A stretch of DNA of 64,000 nucleotides from Eledone cirrhosa. Lineage: Eukaryota. Made by a program: the position numbers and the translations under genes. The DNA is taken from contig OZ024742.1 of assembly GCA_964016885.1 (NCBI GenBank), positions 168,888,001 to 168,952,000 on the forward strand. Reading direction: 5' to 3'. Of this stretch, positions 27,501 to 42,800 are shown one piece after another. Below the pieces are notes generated by a model. It saw only the letters and a program-made list of their open reading frames with translations. It was not told the DNA's origin and ran no database searches. Position 1 is the stretch's first letter. Each line of letters begins with the position of its first letter.

Positions 27501-30500
27501 CTCCCCTTGGAGGCTGGAATTTATCTCCCCTTGGACGGCTAGAAATTACCTCTCCTTGGACGGCTGGAAAATATTTCTCCTTGGACGGCTGGATATTATC
27601 TACCCTTGGACGGGTGGAAATTATCTCCCCTTGGACGGCTGGAAATTATCTCCCCTTGGACGGCTAGATATTACCTCCCCTTGGACGGCTGGAAATTATC
27701 TCCCCTTGATTTTTTTTACAAATTATCTCCCCCTGATTTTTTTTTTACAAATTATCTCCCCCTGATTTTTTTACAAATTATCTCCCCCTGATTTTTTTTA
27801 CAAATTATCTCCGCCTGATTTTTTTAAATATTATCTTCCCTTGGCTGGCGGGAAATTATCTCCCCTTGGACGGCTGAAAATTATCTCCCCTTGGACGGCT
27901 GGAAATTATCTCCCCTTGATTTCTTTTACAAATTATCTCCCCCTGATTATTTTTTACAAATTATCTTTCCCTGATTTTTTTTTACAAATTATCTCCCCCT
28001 GATTTTTTTTACAAATTATCTCCCCCTGATTTTTTTACAAATTATCTCCCCTTGGCTGGCTGGAAATTATCTCCCCTTGGTGGCTGGAATTTATCTCCCC
28101 TTGGACGGCTGGAAATTATCTCTCCTTGGACGGCTAGTAATTACCTCTCCTTGGACGGCTGGAAAATATGTCTCGTTGGAGGGCTGGAAATTATCTCCCC
28201 TTGGACGGCTGGAAATTATCTCCCCTTGGACGGCTGGAAATTATCTCTCCTTGGACGGCTAGAAATTACCTCTCCTTGGACGGCTGAAAATTATCTCTCC
28301 TTGGACGGCTGGAAATTATCTCCCCTTGGACGGCTAGATATTACCTCCCCTTGGACGGCTGGAAATTATCTCCCCTTGATTTTTTTTACAAATTATCTCC
28401 CCCTGATTTTTTTTTACAAATTATCTCCCCCTGATTTTTTTTTACAAATTATCTACGCCTAAGTTTTTTTACAAATTATCTCCCCCTGATTTTTTTTTAC
28501 AAATTATCTCCCCCTGATTTTTTTTACAAAATATCTCCCCCTGATTTTTTTTTACAAATTATTTCCCCCTGATTTTTTTACAAATTATCTCCCCCCTGAT
28601 TTTTTTTACAATCTCCGCCTGATTTTTTAAAAAATTATCTTCCCTTGGCTGGCGGGAAATTATCTCCCCTTGGACGGCTGGAAATTATATCCCCTTGGAC
28701 GGCTGGAAATTACCTCCCCTTGGACAGATGGAAATTATCTGCCCTTGATTTTGTTTTTACAAATTATCTCCCCCTGATTTTTTTTACAAATCATCTCCAC
28801 CTGATTTTTTAAAAAATTATCTCCCCTTGGACGGCTGGAAATTATCTCCCCTTGATTTTTTTACAAATTATCTCCCCCTGATTTTTTTTACAAATTATCT
28901 CCCCCTGATTTTTTTTTTACAAATTATCTCCCCCTGATTTTTTTACAAATTATCTCCCCCTGATTTTTTTTACAAATTATCTCCGCCTGATTTTTTTAAA
29001 TATTATCTTCCCTTGGCTGGCGGGAAATTATCTCCCCTTGGACGGCTGAAAATTATCTCCCCTTGGACGGCTGGAAATTATCTCCCCTTGATTTTTTTTA
29101 CAAATTATCTCCCCCTGATTTTTTTTTACAAATTATCTCCCCCTGATTTTTTTTTACAAATTATCTCCCCCTGATTTTTTTTTACAAATTATCTGCCCCT
29201 GATTTTTTTTACAAATTATCTCCCCCTGATTTTTTTACAAATTATCTTCCCTTGGCTGGCTGGAAATTATCTCCCCTTGGAGGCTGGAATTTATCTCCCC
29301 TTGGACGGCTAGAAATTACCTCTCCTTGGACGGCTGGAAAATATTTCTCCTTGGACGGCTGGATATTATCTACCCTTGGACGGGTGGAAATTATCTCCCC
29401 TTGGACGGCTGGAAATTATCTCCCCTTGGACGGCTAGATATTACCTCCCCTTGGACGGCTGGAAATTATCTCCCCTTGATTTTTTTTACAAATTATCTCC
29501 CCCTGATTTTTTTTTTACAAATTATCTCCCCCTGATTTTTTTACAAATTATCTCCCCCTGATTTTTTTTACAAATTATCTCCGCCTGATTTTTTTAAATA
29601 TTATCTTCCCTTGGCTGGCGGGAAATTATCTCCCCTTGGACGGCTGAAAATTATCTCCCCTTGGACGGCTGGAAATTATCTCCCCTTGATTTTTTTTACA
29701 AATTATCTCCCCCTGATTATTTTTTACAAATTATCTTTCCCTGATTTTTTTTTACAAATTATCTCCCCCTGATTTTTTTTACAAATTATCTCCCCCTGAT
29801 TTTTTTACAAATTATCTCCCCTTGGCTGGCTGGAAATTATCTCCCCTTGGTGGCTGGAATTTATCTCCCCTTGGACGGCTGGAAATTATCTCTCCTTGGA
29901 CGGCTAGTAATTACCTCTCCTTGGACGGCTGGAAAATATGTCTCGTTGGAGGGCTGGAAATGATCTCCCCTTGGACGGCTGGAAATTATCTCCCCTTGGA
30001 CGGCTGGAAATTATCTCTCCTTGGACGGCTAGAAATTACCTCTCCTTGGACGGCTGAAAATTATCTCTCCTTGGACGGCTGGAAATTATCTCCCCTTGGA
30101 CGGCTAGATATTACCTCCCCTTGGACGGCTGGAAATTATCTCCCCTTGATTTTTTTTACAAATTATCTCCCCCTGATTTTTTTTACAAATTATCTACACC
30201 TGATTTTTTTACAAATTATCTCCCCCTGATTTTTTTTACAAATTATCTCCGCCTAATTTTTTTAAATATTATCTTCCCTTGGCTGGCGGGAAATTATCTC
30301 CCCTTGGACGGCTGAAAATTATCTCCCCTTGGACGGCTGGAAATTATCTCCCCTTGATTTTTTTTACAAATTATCTCCCCCTGATTTTTTTTTACAAATT
30401 ATCTCCCCCTGATTTTTTTTTACAAATTATCTCCCCCTGATTTTTTTTACAAATTATCTCCCCCTGATATTTTTTACAAATTATCTCCCCCTGATTTTTT

Positions 30501-33500
30501 TACAAATTATCTCCCCTTGGCTGGCTGGAAATTATCTCCCCTTGGAGGCTGGAATTTATCTCCCCTTGGACGGCTAGAAATTACCTCGCCTTGGACGGCT
30601 GGAAAATATGTCTCCTTGGACGGCTGGAAATTATCTCCCCTTGGACGGCTGGAAATTATCTCCCCTTGGACGGCTGGATATTATCTACCCTTGGACGGCT
30701 AGATATTACCTCCCCTTGGACGGCTGGAAATTATCTCCCCTTGATTTTTTTTACAAATTATCTCCCCCTGATTTTTTTTTACAAATTATCTACCCCTGAT
30801 TTTTTTTTACAAATTATCTCCCCCTGATTTTCTTTACAAATTATCTCCCCCTGATTTTTTTACAAATTATCTCCCCCCGATTTTTTTTACAAATTATCTC
30901 CGCCTAATTTTTTTAAATATTATCTTCCCTTGGCTGGCGGGAAATTATCTCCCCTTGGACGGCTGAAAATTATCTCCCCTTGGACGGCTGGAAATTATCT
31001 CCCCTTGATTTTTTTACAAATTATCTCCCCCTGATTATTTTTTACAAATTATCTCCCCCTGATTTTTTTTTACAAATTATCTCCCTCTGATTTTTTTTAC
31101 AAATTATCTCCCCTTGGCTGGCTGGAAATTATCTCCCCTTGGAGGCTGGAATTTATCTCCCCTTGGACGGTTAGAAATTACCTCTCCTTGGACTGCTGGA
31201 AAATATGTCTCCTTGGACGGCTGGAAATTATCTCCCCTTGGACGGCTGGAAATTATCTCCCCTTGGACGGCTGGAAATTATCTCTCCTCGGACGACTAGA
31301 AATTACCTCTCCTTGGACAGCTGAAAATTATCTCCCCTTGGACGGCTGGAAATTATCTCCCCTTGATTTTTTTTACAAATTATCTCCCCCTGATTTTTTT
31401 TTACAAATTATCTCCCCCTGATTTTTTTTTACAAATTATCTCCCCCTGATTTTTTTTACAAATTATCTCCCCCTGATATTTTTTACAAATTATCTCCCCC
31501 TGATTTTTTTACAAATTATCTCCCCTTGGCTGGCTGGAAATTATCTCCCCTTGGAGGCTGGAATTTATCTCCCCTTGGACGGCTAGAAATTACCTCGCCT
31601 TGGACGGCTGGAAAATATGTCTCCTTGGACGGCTGGAAATTATCTCCCCTTGGACGGCTGGAAATTATCTCCCCTTGGACGGCTAGATATTACCTCCCCT
31701 TGGACGGCTGGAAATTATCTCCCCTTGATTTTTTTTACAAATTATCTCCCCCTGATTTTTTTTTACAAATTATCTCCCCCTGATTTTTTTTTACAAATTA
31801 TCTACCCCTGATTTTTTTTTACAAATTATCTCCCCCTGATTTTTTTTACAAATTATCTCTCCCTGATTTTTTTTTACAAATTATCTACCCCTGATTTTTT
31901 TTTACAAATTATCTCCCCCTGATTTTTTTTACAAATTATCTCCCCCTGATTTTTTTTACAAATTATCTCCCCCTGATTTTTTTACAAATTATCTCCCCCC
32001 GATTTTTTTTACAAATTATCTCCGCCTAATTTTTTTAAATATTATCTTCCCTTGGCTGGCGGGAAATTATCTCCCCTTGGACGGCTGAAAATTATCTCCC
32101 CTTGGACGGCTGGAAATTATCTCCCCTTGATTTTTTTACAAATTATCTCCCCCTGATTATTTTTTACAAATTATCTCCCCCTGATTTTTTTTTACAAATT
32201 ATCTCCCTCTGATTTTTTTTACAAATTATCTCCCCTTGGCTGGCTGGAAATTATCTCCCCTTGGAGGCTGGAATTTATCTCCCCTTGGACGGTTAGAAAT
32301 TACCTCTCCTTGGACTGCTGGAAAATATGTCTCCTTGGACGGCTGGAAATTATCTCCCCTGGGACGGCTGGAAATTATCTCCCCTTGGACGGCTGGAAAT
32401 TATCTCTCCTCGGACGACTAGAAATTACCTCTCCTTGGACAGCTGAAAATTATCTCCCCTTGGACGGCTGGAAATTATCTCCCCTTGATTTTTTTTACAA
32501 ATTATCTCCCCCTGATTTTTTTTTACAAATTATCTCCCCCTGATTTTATTTTACAAATTATCTCCCCCTGATTTTTTTTACAAATTATCTCCCCCTGATA
32601 TTTTTTACAAATTATCTCCCCCTGATTTTTTTACAAATTATCTCCCCTTGGCTGGCTGGAAATTATCTCCCCTTGGAGGCTGGAATTTATCTCCCCTTGG
32701 ACGGCTAGAAATTACCTCGCCTTGGACGGCTGGAAAATATGTCTCCTTGGACGGCTGGAAATTATCTCCCCTTGGACGGCTGGAAATTATCTCCCCTTGG
32801 ACGGCTGGAAATTATCTCCCCTTGGACGGCTAGATATTACCTCCCCTTGGACGGCTGGAAATTATCTCCCCTTGATTTTTTTTACAAATTATCTCCCCCT
32901 GATTTTTTTTTACAAATTATCTCCCTGATTTTTTTTTACGAATTATCTCCCCCTGATTTTTTTTTACAAATTATCTCCGCCTGATTTTTTTTTAAAAATT
33001 ATCTCCCCTTGAACGGCTGGAAATTATCTCCCCTTGGACGGCTGGAAATTATCTCCCCTTGGACGGCTAGAAATTACCTCTCCTTGGACGGCTGAAAATT
33101 ATCTCCCCTTGGACGGCTGCAAATTATCTCCCCTTGATTTTTTAACAAATTATCTCCCCCTGATTTTTTTTTACAAATTATCTCCCCCTGATTTTTTTTT
33201 ACAAATTATCTACGCCTAAGTTTTTTTACAAATTATCTCCCCCTGATTTTTTTTTACAAATTATTTCCCCCTGATTTTTTTACAAATTATCTCCCCCCTG
33301 ATTTTTTTTACAATCTCCGCCTGATTTTTTAAAAAATTATCTTCCCTTGGCTGGCGAGAAATTATCTCCCCTTGGACGGCTGGAAATTATATCCCCTTGG
33401 ACGGCTGGAAATTACCTCCCCTTGGACAGCTGGAAATTATCTGCCCTTGATTTTGTTTTTACAAATTATCTCCCCCTGATTTTTTTACAAATTATCTCCA

Positions 33501-36500
33501 CCTGATTTTTTAAAAAATTATCTCCCCTTGGACGGCTGGAAATTATCTCCCCTTGATTTTTTTACAAATTATCTCCCCCTGATTTTTTTTACAAATTATC
33601 TACCCCTGATTTTTTTTTTACAAATTATCTCCCCCTGATTTTTTTACAAATTATCTCCCCCTGATTTTTTTTACAAATTATCTCCGCCTGATTTTTTTTA
33701 ATATTATCTTCCCTTGGCTGGCGGGAAATTATCTCCCCTTGGACGGCTGAAAATTATCTCCCCTTGGACGGCTGGAAATTATCTCCCCTTGATTTTTTTT
33801 ACAAATTATCTCCCCCTGATTTTTTTTTACAAATTATCTCCCCCTGATTTTTTTTTACAAATTATCTGCCCCTGATTTTTTTTACAAATTATCTCCCCCT
33901 GATTTTTTTACAAATTATCTCCCCTTGGCTGGCTGGAAATTATCTCCCCTTGGAGGCTGGAATTTTATCTCCCCTTGGACGGCTAGAAATTACCTCTCCT
34001 TGGACGGCTGGAAAATATTTCTCCTTGGACGGCTGGATATTATCTACCCTTGGACGGGTGGAAATTATCTCCCCTTGGACGGCTGGAAATTATCTCCCCT
34101 TGGACGGCTAGATATTACCTCCCCTTGGACGGCTGGAAATTATCTCCCCTTGATTTTTTTTACAAATTATCTCCCCCTGATTTTTTTTTTACAAATTATC
34201 TCCCCCTGATTTTTTTACAAATTATCTCCCCCTGATTTTTTTTACAAATTATCTCCGCCTGATTTTTTTAAATATTATCTTCCCTTGGCTGGCGGGAAAT
34301 TATCTCCCCTTGGACGGCTGAAAATTATCTCCCCTTGGACGGCTGGAAATTATCTCCCCTTGATTTTTTTTACAAATTATCTCCCCCTGATTATTACAAA
34401 TTATCTTTCCCTGATTTTTTTTTACAAATTATCTCCCCCTGATTTTTTTTACAAATTATCTCCCCCTGATTTTTTTACAAATTATCTCCCCTTGGCTGGC
34501 TGGAAATTATCTCCCCTTGGTGGCTGGAATTTATCTCCCCTTGGACGGCTGGAAATTATCTCTCCTTGGACGGCTAGTAATTACCTCTCCTTGGACGGCT
34601 GGAAAATATGTCTCGTTGGAGGGCTGGAAATTATCTCCCCTTGGACGGCTGGAAATTATCTCCCCTTGGACGGCTGGAAATTATCTCTCCTTGGACGGCT
34701 AGAAATTACCTCTCCTTGGACGGTTGAAAATTATCTCTCCTTGGACGGCTGGAAATTATCTACCCTTGGACGGCTAGATATTACCTCCCCTTGGACGGCT
34801 GGAAATTATCTCCCCTTGATTTTTTTTACAAATTATCTCCCCCTGATTTTTTTTACAAATTATCTACACCTGATTTTTTTACAAATTATCTCCCCCTGAT
34901 TTTTTTTACAAATTATCTCCGCCTAATTTTTTTAAATATTATCTTCCCTTGGCTGGCGGGAAATTATCTCCCCTTGGACGGCTGAAAATTATCTCCCCTT
35001 GGACGGCTGGAAATTATCTCCCCTTGATTTTTTTTACAAATTATCTCCCCCTGATTTTTTTTTACAAATTATATCCCCCTGATTTTTTTTTACAAATTAT
35101 CTCCCCCTGATTTTTTTTTACAAATTATCTCCCCCTGATTTTTTTTACAAATTATCTCCCCTTGGCTGGCTGGAAATTATCTCCCCTTGGAGGCTGGAAT
35201 TTATCTCCCCTTGGACGGCTAGAAATTACCTCTCCTTGGACGGCTGGAAAATATGTCCTTGGACGGCTGGATATTATCTACCCTTGGACGGCTGGAAATT
35301 ATCTCCCCTTGGACGGCTGGAAATTATCTCCCCTTGGACGGCTAGATATTATCTCCCCTTGGACGGCTGGAAATTATCTCCCCTTGATTTTTTTTACAAA
35401 TTATCTCCCCCTGATTTTTTTTACAAATCTAATGATTTTTAAAAAAAAATTATCTCCCCTTCGCTGGCTGGAAATTATCTCCCCTTGGACGCTGGAAATT
35501 ATAGCCCCTTGGAGGGCTGGAAATTATCTTCCCTTGGACGGCTGGAAATTATCTCCCCTTGGCTCGAAATTATCTCCCCTTGGACGGCTAGAAATTATCT
35601 CTCTTTGGACGGCTGGAAATTATCTCCCTTTGATTTTTTTTACAAATTATCTGCCCCTGATTTTTTTTACAAATCTCCCCCTGATTTTTAAAAAAAAATT
35701 ATCTCCCCTTCGCTGGCTGGAAATTATCTCCCCTTGGACACTGGAAATTATAGCCTCTTGGAGGGCTGGAAATTATCTTCCCTTGGACGGCTGGAAATTA
35801 TCTCTGCTTGATTTTTTTTACAAATTATCTCCCCCTGATTTTTTTTTACAAATTATCCCCCCCGATTTTTTTTACAAATTATCTCCCCCTGATTTTTTTT
35901 ACAAATTATCTCCCCTTGGACGGCTGGAAATTATCTCCCCTTGGACGGCTGGAAATTATCTCCCCTTGGACGGCTAGAAGTTACCTCTCCTTGGACGACT
36001 GAAAATTATCTCCCCTTGGACGGCTGCAAATTATCTCCCCTTGATTTTTTTTACAAATTATCTCCGCCTGATTTTTTTTTTAAAATTATCTCCCCTTGGA
36101 CGGCTGGAAATTACCTCCCCTTGGACGGCTGGAAATTATCTCCCCTTGATTTTTTTTACAAATTATCTCCCCCTGATTTTTTTTTACAAATTATCTCCCC
36201 CTGATTTTTTTTTTACAAATTATCTCCGCCTGATTTTTTTTTAAATTATCTCTCCTAGGACGGCTGGATATTATCTCCCCTTTCATTTTTTTTACAAATT
36301 ATCTCCCCCTGATTTTTTTTTACAAATTATCTCCCCCTGATTTTTTTTTACAAATTATCTCCCCCTGATTTTTTTTTACAAATTATCTCCCCCTGATTTT
36401 TTTTTACAAATTATCTACCCCTGATTTTTTTTACAAATTATCTCCCCCTGATTTTTTTTACAAATTATCTCTCCCTGATTTTTTTTTACAAATTATCTCC

Positions 36501-36848
36501 CCCTGATTTTTTTTTACAAATTATCTACCCCTGATTTTTTTTTACAAATTATCCCCCCCTGATTTTTTTTACAAATTATCTCCCCCTGATTTTTTTACAA
36601 ATTATCTCCCCCCGATTTTTTTTACAAATTATCTCCGCCTAATTTTTTTAAATATTATCTTCCCTTGGCTGGCGGGAAATTATCTCCCCTTGGACGGCTG
36701 AAAATTATCTCCCCTTGGACGGCTGGAAATTATCTCCCCTTGATTTTTTTACAAATTATCTCCCCCTGATTATTTTTTACAAATTATCTCCCCCTGATTT
36801 TTTTTTACAAATTATCTCCCTCTGATTTTTTTTACAAATTATCTCCCC
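24589..36848. repeat. HOR copy 2, 12,260 bp: a b a' b' c d e c-tail d e f a b a b' c d' e g h
   Basis: Module starts at 24589, 25001, 25738, 26150, 27482, 28052, 29252, 29822, 30517, 31114, 31526, 32236, 32648, 33925, 34492 and 35162. Confidence 0.88.
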
Positions 36849-39800
36849 TTGGCTGGCTGGAAATTATCTCCCCTTGGAGGCTGGAATTTATCTCCCCTTG
36901 GACGGTTAGAAATTACCTCTCCTTGGACTGCTGGAAAATATGTCTCCTTGGACGGCTGGAAATTATCTCCCCTTGGACGGCTGGAAATTATCTCCCCTTG
37001 GACGGCTGGAAATTATCTCTCCTCGGACGACTAGAAATTACCTCTCCTTGGACAGCTGAAAATTATCTCCCCTTGGACGGCTGGAAATTATCTCCCCTTG
37101 ATTTTTTTTACAAATTATCTCCCCCTGATTTTTTTTTACAAATTATCTCCCCCTGATTTTTTTTTACAAATTATCTCCCCCTGATTTTTTTTACAAATTA
37201 TCTCCCCCTGATATTTTTTACAAATTATCTCCCCCTGATTTTTTTACAAATTATCTCCCCTTGGCTGGCTGGAAATTATCTCCCCTTGGAGGCTGGAATT
37301 TATCTCCCCTTGGACGGCTAGAAATTACCTCGCCTTGGACGGCTGGAAAATATGTCTCCTTGGACGGCTGGAAATTATCTCCCCTTGGACGGCTGGAAAT
37401 TATCTCCCCTTGGACGGCTAGATATTACCTCCCCTTGGACGGCTGGAAATTATCTCCCCTTGATTTTTTTTACAAATTATCTCCCCCTGATTTTTTTTTA
37501 CAAATTATCTCACCCTGATTTTTTTTTACAAATTATCTACCCCTGATTTTTTTTTACAAATTATCTCCCCCTGATTTTTTTTACAAATTATCTCTCCCTG
37601 ATTTTTTTTTACAAATTATCTACCCCTGATTTTTTTTTACAAATTATCTCCCCCTGATTTTTTTTACAAATTATCTCCCCCTGATTTTTTTTACAAATTA
37701 TCTCCCCCTGATTTTTTTACAAATTATCTCCCCCCGATTTTTTTTACAAATTATCTCCGCCTAATTTTTTTAAATATTATCTTCCCTTGGCTGGCGGGAA
37801 ATTATCTCCCCTTGGACGGCTGAAAATTATCTCCCCTTGGACGGCTGGAAATTATCTCCCCTTGATTTTTTTACAAATTATCTCACCCTGATTATTTTTT
37901 ACAAATTATCTCCCCCTGATTTTTTTTTACAAATTATCTCCCTCTGATTTTTTTTACAAATTATCTCCCCTTGGCTGGCTGGAAATTATCTCCCCTTGGA
38001 GGCTGGAATTTATCTCCCCTTGGACGGTTAGAAATTACCTCTCCTTGGACTGCTGGAAAATAGGGTCTCCTTGGACGGCTGGAAATTATCTCCCCTGGGA
38101 CGGCTGGAAATTATCTCCCCTTGGACGGCTGGAAATTATCTCTCCTCGGACGACTAGAAATTACCTCTCCTTGGACAGCTGAAAATTATCTCCCCTTGGA
38201 CGGCTGGAAATTATCTCCCCTTGATTTTTTTTACAAATTATCTCCCCCTGATTTTTTTTTACAAATTATCTCCCCCTGATTTTATTTTACAAATTATCTC
38301 CCCCTGATTTTTTTACAAATTATCTCCCCCTGATATTTTTTACAAATTATCTCCCCCTGATTTTTTTACAAATTATCTCCCCTTGGCTGGCTGGAAATTA
38401 TCTCCCCTTGGAGGCTGGAATTTATCTCCCCTTGGACGGCTAGAAATTACCTCGCCTTGGACGGCTGGAAAATATGTCTCCTTGGACGGCTGGAAATTAT
38501 CTCCCCTTGGACGGCTGGAAATTATCTCCCCTTGGACGGCTGGAAATTATCTCCCCTTGGACGGCTAGATATTACCTCCCCTTGGACGGCTGGAAATTAT
38601 CTCCCCTTGATTTTTTTTACAAATTATCTCCCCCTGATTTTTTTTTACAAATTATCTCCCTGATTTTTTTTTACGAATTATCTCCCCCTGATTTTTTTTT
38701 ACAAATTATCTACGCCTGATTTTTTTTTAAAAATTATCTCCCCTTGAACGGCTGGAATATATCTCCCCTTGGACGGCTGGAAATTATCTCCCCTTGGACG
38801 GCTAGAAATTACCTCTCCTTGGACGGCTGAAAATTATCTCCCCTTGGACGGCTGCAAATTATCTCCCCTTGATTTTTTAACAAATTATCTCCCCCTGATT
38901 TTTTTTTACAAATTATCTCCCCCTGATTTTTTTTTACAAATTATCTACGCCTAAGTTTTTTTACAAATTATCTCCCCCTGATTTTTTTTTACAAATTATC
39001 TCCCCCTGATTTTTTTTACAAATTATCTCCCCCTGATTTTTTTTTACAAATTATTTCCCCCTGATTTTTTTACACATTATCTCCCCCCTGATTTTTTTTA
39101 CAATCTCCGCCTGATTTTTTAAAAAATTATCTTCCCTTGGCTGGCGGGAAATTATCTCCCCTTGGACGGCTGGAAATTATATCCCCTTGGACGGCTGGAA
39201 ATTACCTCCCCTTGGACAGCTGGAAATTATCTGCCCTTGATTTTGTTTTTACAAATTATCTCCCCCTGATTTTTTTTACAAATTATCTCCACCTGATTTT
39301 TTAAAAAATTATCTCCCCTTGGACGGCTGGAAATTATCTCCCCTTGATTTTTTTACAAATTATCTCCCCCTGATTTTTTTTACAAATTATCTCCCCCTGA
39401 TTTTTTTTTTACAAATTATCTCCCCCTGATTTTTTTACAAATTATCTCCCCCTGATTTTTTTTACAAATTATCTCCGCCTGATTTTTTTAAATATTATCT
39501 TCCCTTGGCTGGCAGGAAATTATCTCCCTTTGGACGGCTGAAAATTATCTCCCCTTGGACGGCTGGAAATTATCTCCCCTTGATTTTTTTTACAAATTAT
39601 CTCCCCCTGATTTTTTTTTACAAATTATCTCCCCTGATTTTTTTTTACAAATTATCTGCCCCTGATTTTTTTTACAAATTATCTCCCCCTGATTTTTTTA
39701 CAAATTATCTCCCCTTGGCTGGCTGGAAATTATCTCCCCTTGGAGGCTGGAATTTATCTCCCCTTGGACGGCTAGAAATTACCTCTCCTTGGACGGCTGG

Positions 39801-42800
39801 AAAATATTTCTCCTTGGACGGCTGGATATTATCTACCCTTGGACGGGTGGAAATTATCTCCCCTTGGACGGCTGGAAATTATCTCCCCTTGGACGGCTAG
39901 ATATTACCTCCCCTTGGACGGCTGGAAATTATCTCCCCTTGATTTTTTTTACAAATTATCTCCCCCTGATTTTTTTTTTACAAATTATCTCCCCCTGATT
40001 TTTTTACAAATTATCTCCCCCTGATTTTTTTTACAAATTATCTCCGCCTGATTTTTTTAAATATTATCTTCCCTTGGCTGGCGGGAAATTATCTCCCCTT
40101 GGACGGCTGAAAATTATCTCCCCTTGGACGGCTGGAAATTATCTCCCCTTGATTTTTTTTACAAATTATCTCCCCCTGATTATTTTTTACAAATTATCTT
40201 TCCCTGATTTTTTTTTACAAATTATCTCCCCCTGATTTTTTTTACAAATTATCTCCCCCTGATTTTTTTACAAATTATCTCCCCTTGGCTGGCTGGAAAT
40301 TATCTCCCCTTGGTGGCTGGAATTTATCTCCCCTTGGACGGCTGGAAATTATCTCTCCTTGGACGGCTAGTAATTACCTCTCCTTGGACGGCTGGAAAAT
40401 ATGTCTCGTTGGAGGGCTGGAAATTATCTCCCCTTGGACGGCTGGAAATTATCTCCCCTTGGACGGCTGGAAATTATCTCTCCTTGGACGGCTAGAAATT
40501 ACCTCTCCTTGGACGGCTGAAAATTATCTCTCCTTGGACGGCTGGAAATTATCTCCCCTTGGACGGCTAGATATTACCTCCCCTTGGACGGCTGGAAATT
40601 ATCTCCCCTTGATTTTTTTTACAAATTATCTCCCCCTGATTTTTTTTACAAATTATCTACCCCTGATTTTTTTTTTACAAATTATCTCCCCCTGATTTTT
40701 TTACAAATTATCTCCCCCTGATTTTTTTTACAAATTATCTCCGCCTGATTTTTTTAAATATTATCTTCCCTTGGCTGGCGGGAAATTATCTCCCCTTGGA
40801 CGGCTGAAAATTATCTCCCCTTGGACGGCTGGAAATTATCTCCCCTTGATTTTTTTTACAAATTATCTCCCCCTGATTTTTTTTTACAAATTATCTCCCC
40901 CTGATTTTTTTTTACAAATTATCTGCCCCTGATTTTTTTTACAAATTATCTCCCCCTGATTTTTTTACAAATTATCTCCCCTTGGCTGGCTGGAAATTAT
41001 CTCCCCTTGGAGGCTGGAATTTTATCTCCCCTTGGACGGCTAGAAATTACCTCTCCTTGGACGGCTGGAAAATATTTCTCCTTGGACGGCTGGATATTAT
41101 CTACCCTTGGACGGGTGGAAATTATCTCCCCTTGGACGGCTGGAAATTATCTCCCCTTGGACGGCTAGATATTACCTCCCCTTGGACGGCTGGAAATTAT
41201 CTCCCCTTGATTTTTTTTACAAATTATCTCCCCCTGATTTTTTTTTTACAAATTATCTCCCCCTGATTTTTTTACAAATTATCTCCCCCTGATTTTTTTT
41301 ACAAATTATCTCCGCCTGATTTTTTTAAATATTATCTTCCCTTGGCTGGCGGGAAATTATCTCCCCTTGGACGGCTGAAAATTATCTCCCCTTGGACGGC
41401 TGGAAATTATCTCCCCTTGATTTTTTTTACAAATTATCTCCCCCTGATTATTTTTTACAAATTATCTTTCCCTGATTTTTTTTACAAATTATCTCCCCCT
41501 GATTTTTTTTACAAATTATCTCCCCCTGATTTTTTTACAAATTATCTCCCCTTGGCTGGCTGGAAATTATCTCCCCTTGGTGGCTGGAATTTATCTCCCC
41601 TTGGACGGCTGGAAATTATCTCTCCTTGGACGGCTAGTAATTACCTCTCCTTGGACGGCTGGAAAATATGTCTCGTTGGAGGGCTGGAAATTATCTCCCC
41701 TTGGACGGCTGGAAATTATCTCCCCTTGGACGGCTGGAAATTATCTCTCCTTGGACGGCTAGAAATTACCTCTCCTTGGACGGTTGAAAATTATCTCTCC
41801 TTGGACGGCTGGAAATTATCTACCCTTGGACGGCTAGATATTACCTCCCCTTGGACGGCTGGAAATTATCTCCCCTTGATTTTTTTTACAAATTATCTCC
41901 CCCTGATTTTTTTTACAAATTATCTACACCTGATTTTTTTACAAATTATCTCCCCCTGATTTTTTTTACAAATTATCTCCGCCTAATTTTTTTAAATATT
42001 ATCTTCCCTTGGCTGGCGGGAAATTATCTCCCCTTGGACGGCTGAAAATTATCTCCCCTTGGACGGCTGGAAATTATCTCCCCTTGATTTTTTTTACAAA
42101 TTATCTCCCCCTGATTTTTTTTTACAAATTATATCCCCCTGATTTTTTTTTACAAATTATCTCCCCCTGATTTTTTTTTACAAATTATCTCCCCCTGATT
42201 TTTTTTACAAATTATCTCCCCTTGGCTGGCTGGAAATTATCTCCCCTTGGAGGCTGGAATTTATCTCCCCTTGGACGGCTAGAAATTACCTCTCCTTGGA
42301 CGGCTGGAAAATATGTCCTTGGACGGCTGGATATTATCTACCCTTGGACGGCTGGAAATTATCTCCCCTTGGACGGCTGGAAATTATCTCCCCTTGGACG
42401 GCTAGATATTATCTCCCCTTGGACGGCTGGAAATTATCTCCCCTTGATTTTTTTTACAAATTATCTCCCCCTGATTTTTTTTACAAATCTAATGATCTTT
42501 TAAAAAAAATTATCTCCCCTTCGCTGGCTGGAAATTATCTCCCCTTGGACGCTGGAAATTATAGCCCCTTGGAGGGCTGGAAATTATCTTCCCTTGGACG
42601 GCTGGAAATTATCTCCCCTTGGCTCGAAATTATCTCCCCTTGGACGGCTAGAAATTATCTCTCTTTGGACGGCTGGAAATTATCTCCCTTTGATTTTTTT
42701 TACAAATTATCTGCCCCTGATTTTTTTTACAAATCTCCCCCTGATTTTTAAAAAAAAATTATCTCCCCTTCGCTGGCTGGAAATTATCTCCCCTTGGACA

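Larger units (their letters stand above)
11340..33710. repeat. Near-identical tandem duplication of ~11.2 kb (approx. 11340-22540 and 22541-33710)
   Basis: The offset is constant at 11201, then 11200, then 11172 (e.g. 11527/22728, 18622/29822, 21064/32236). Private variants are shared by the two copies: GGAAATGATC, GGACAGATGG, AAATCATCTCCAC, TCTCACCTTGG. Confidence 0.88.
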
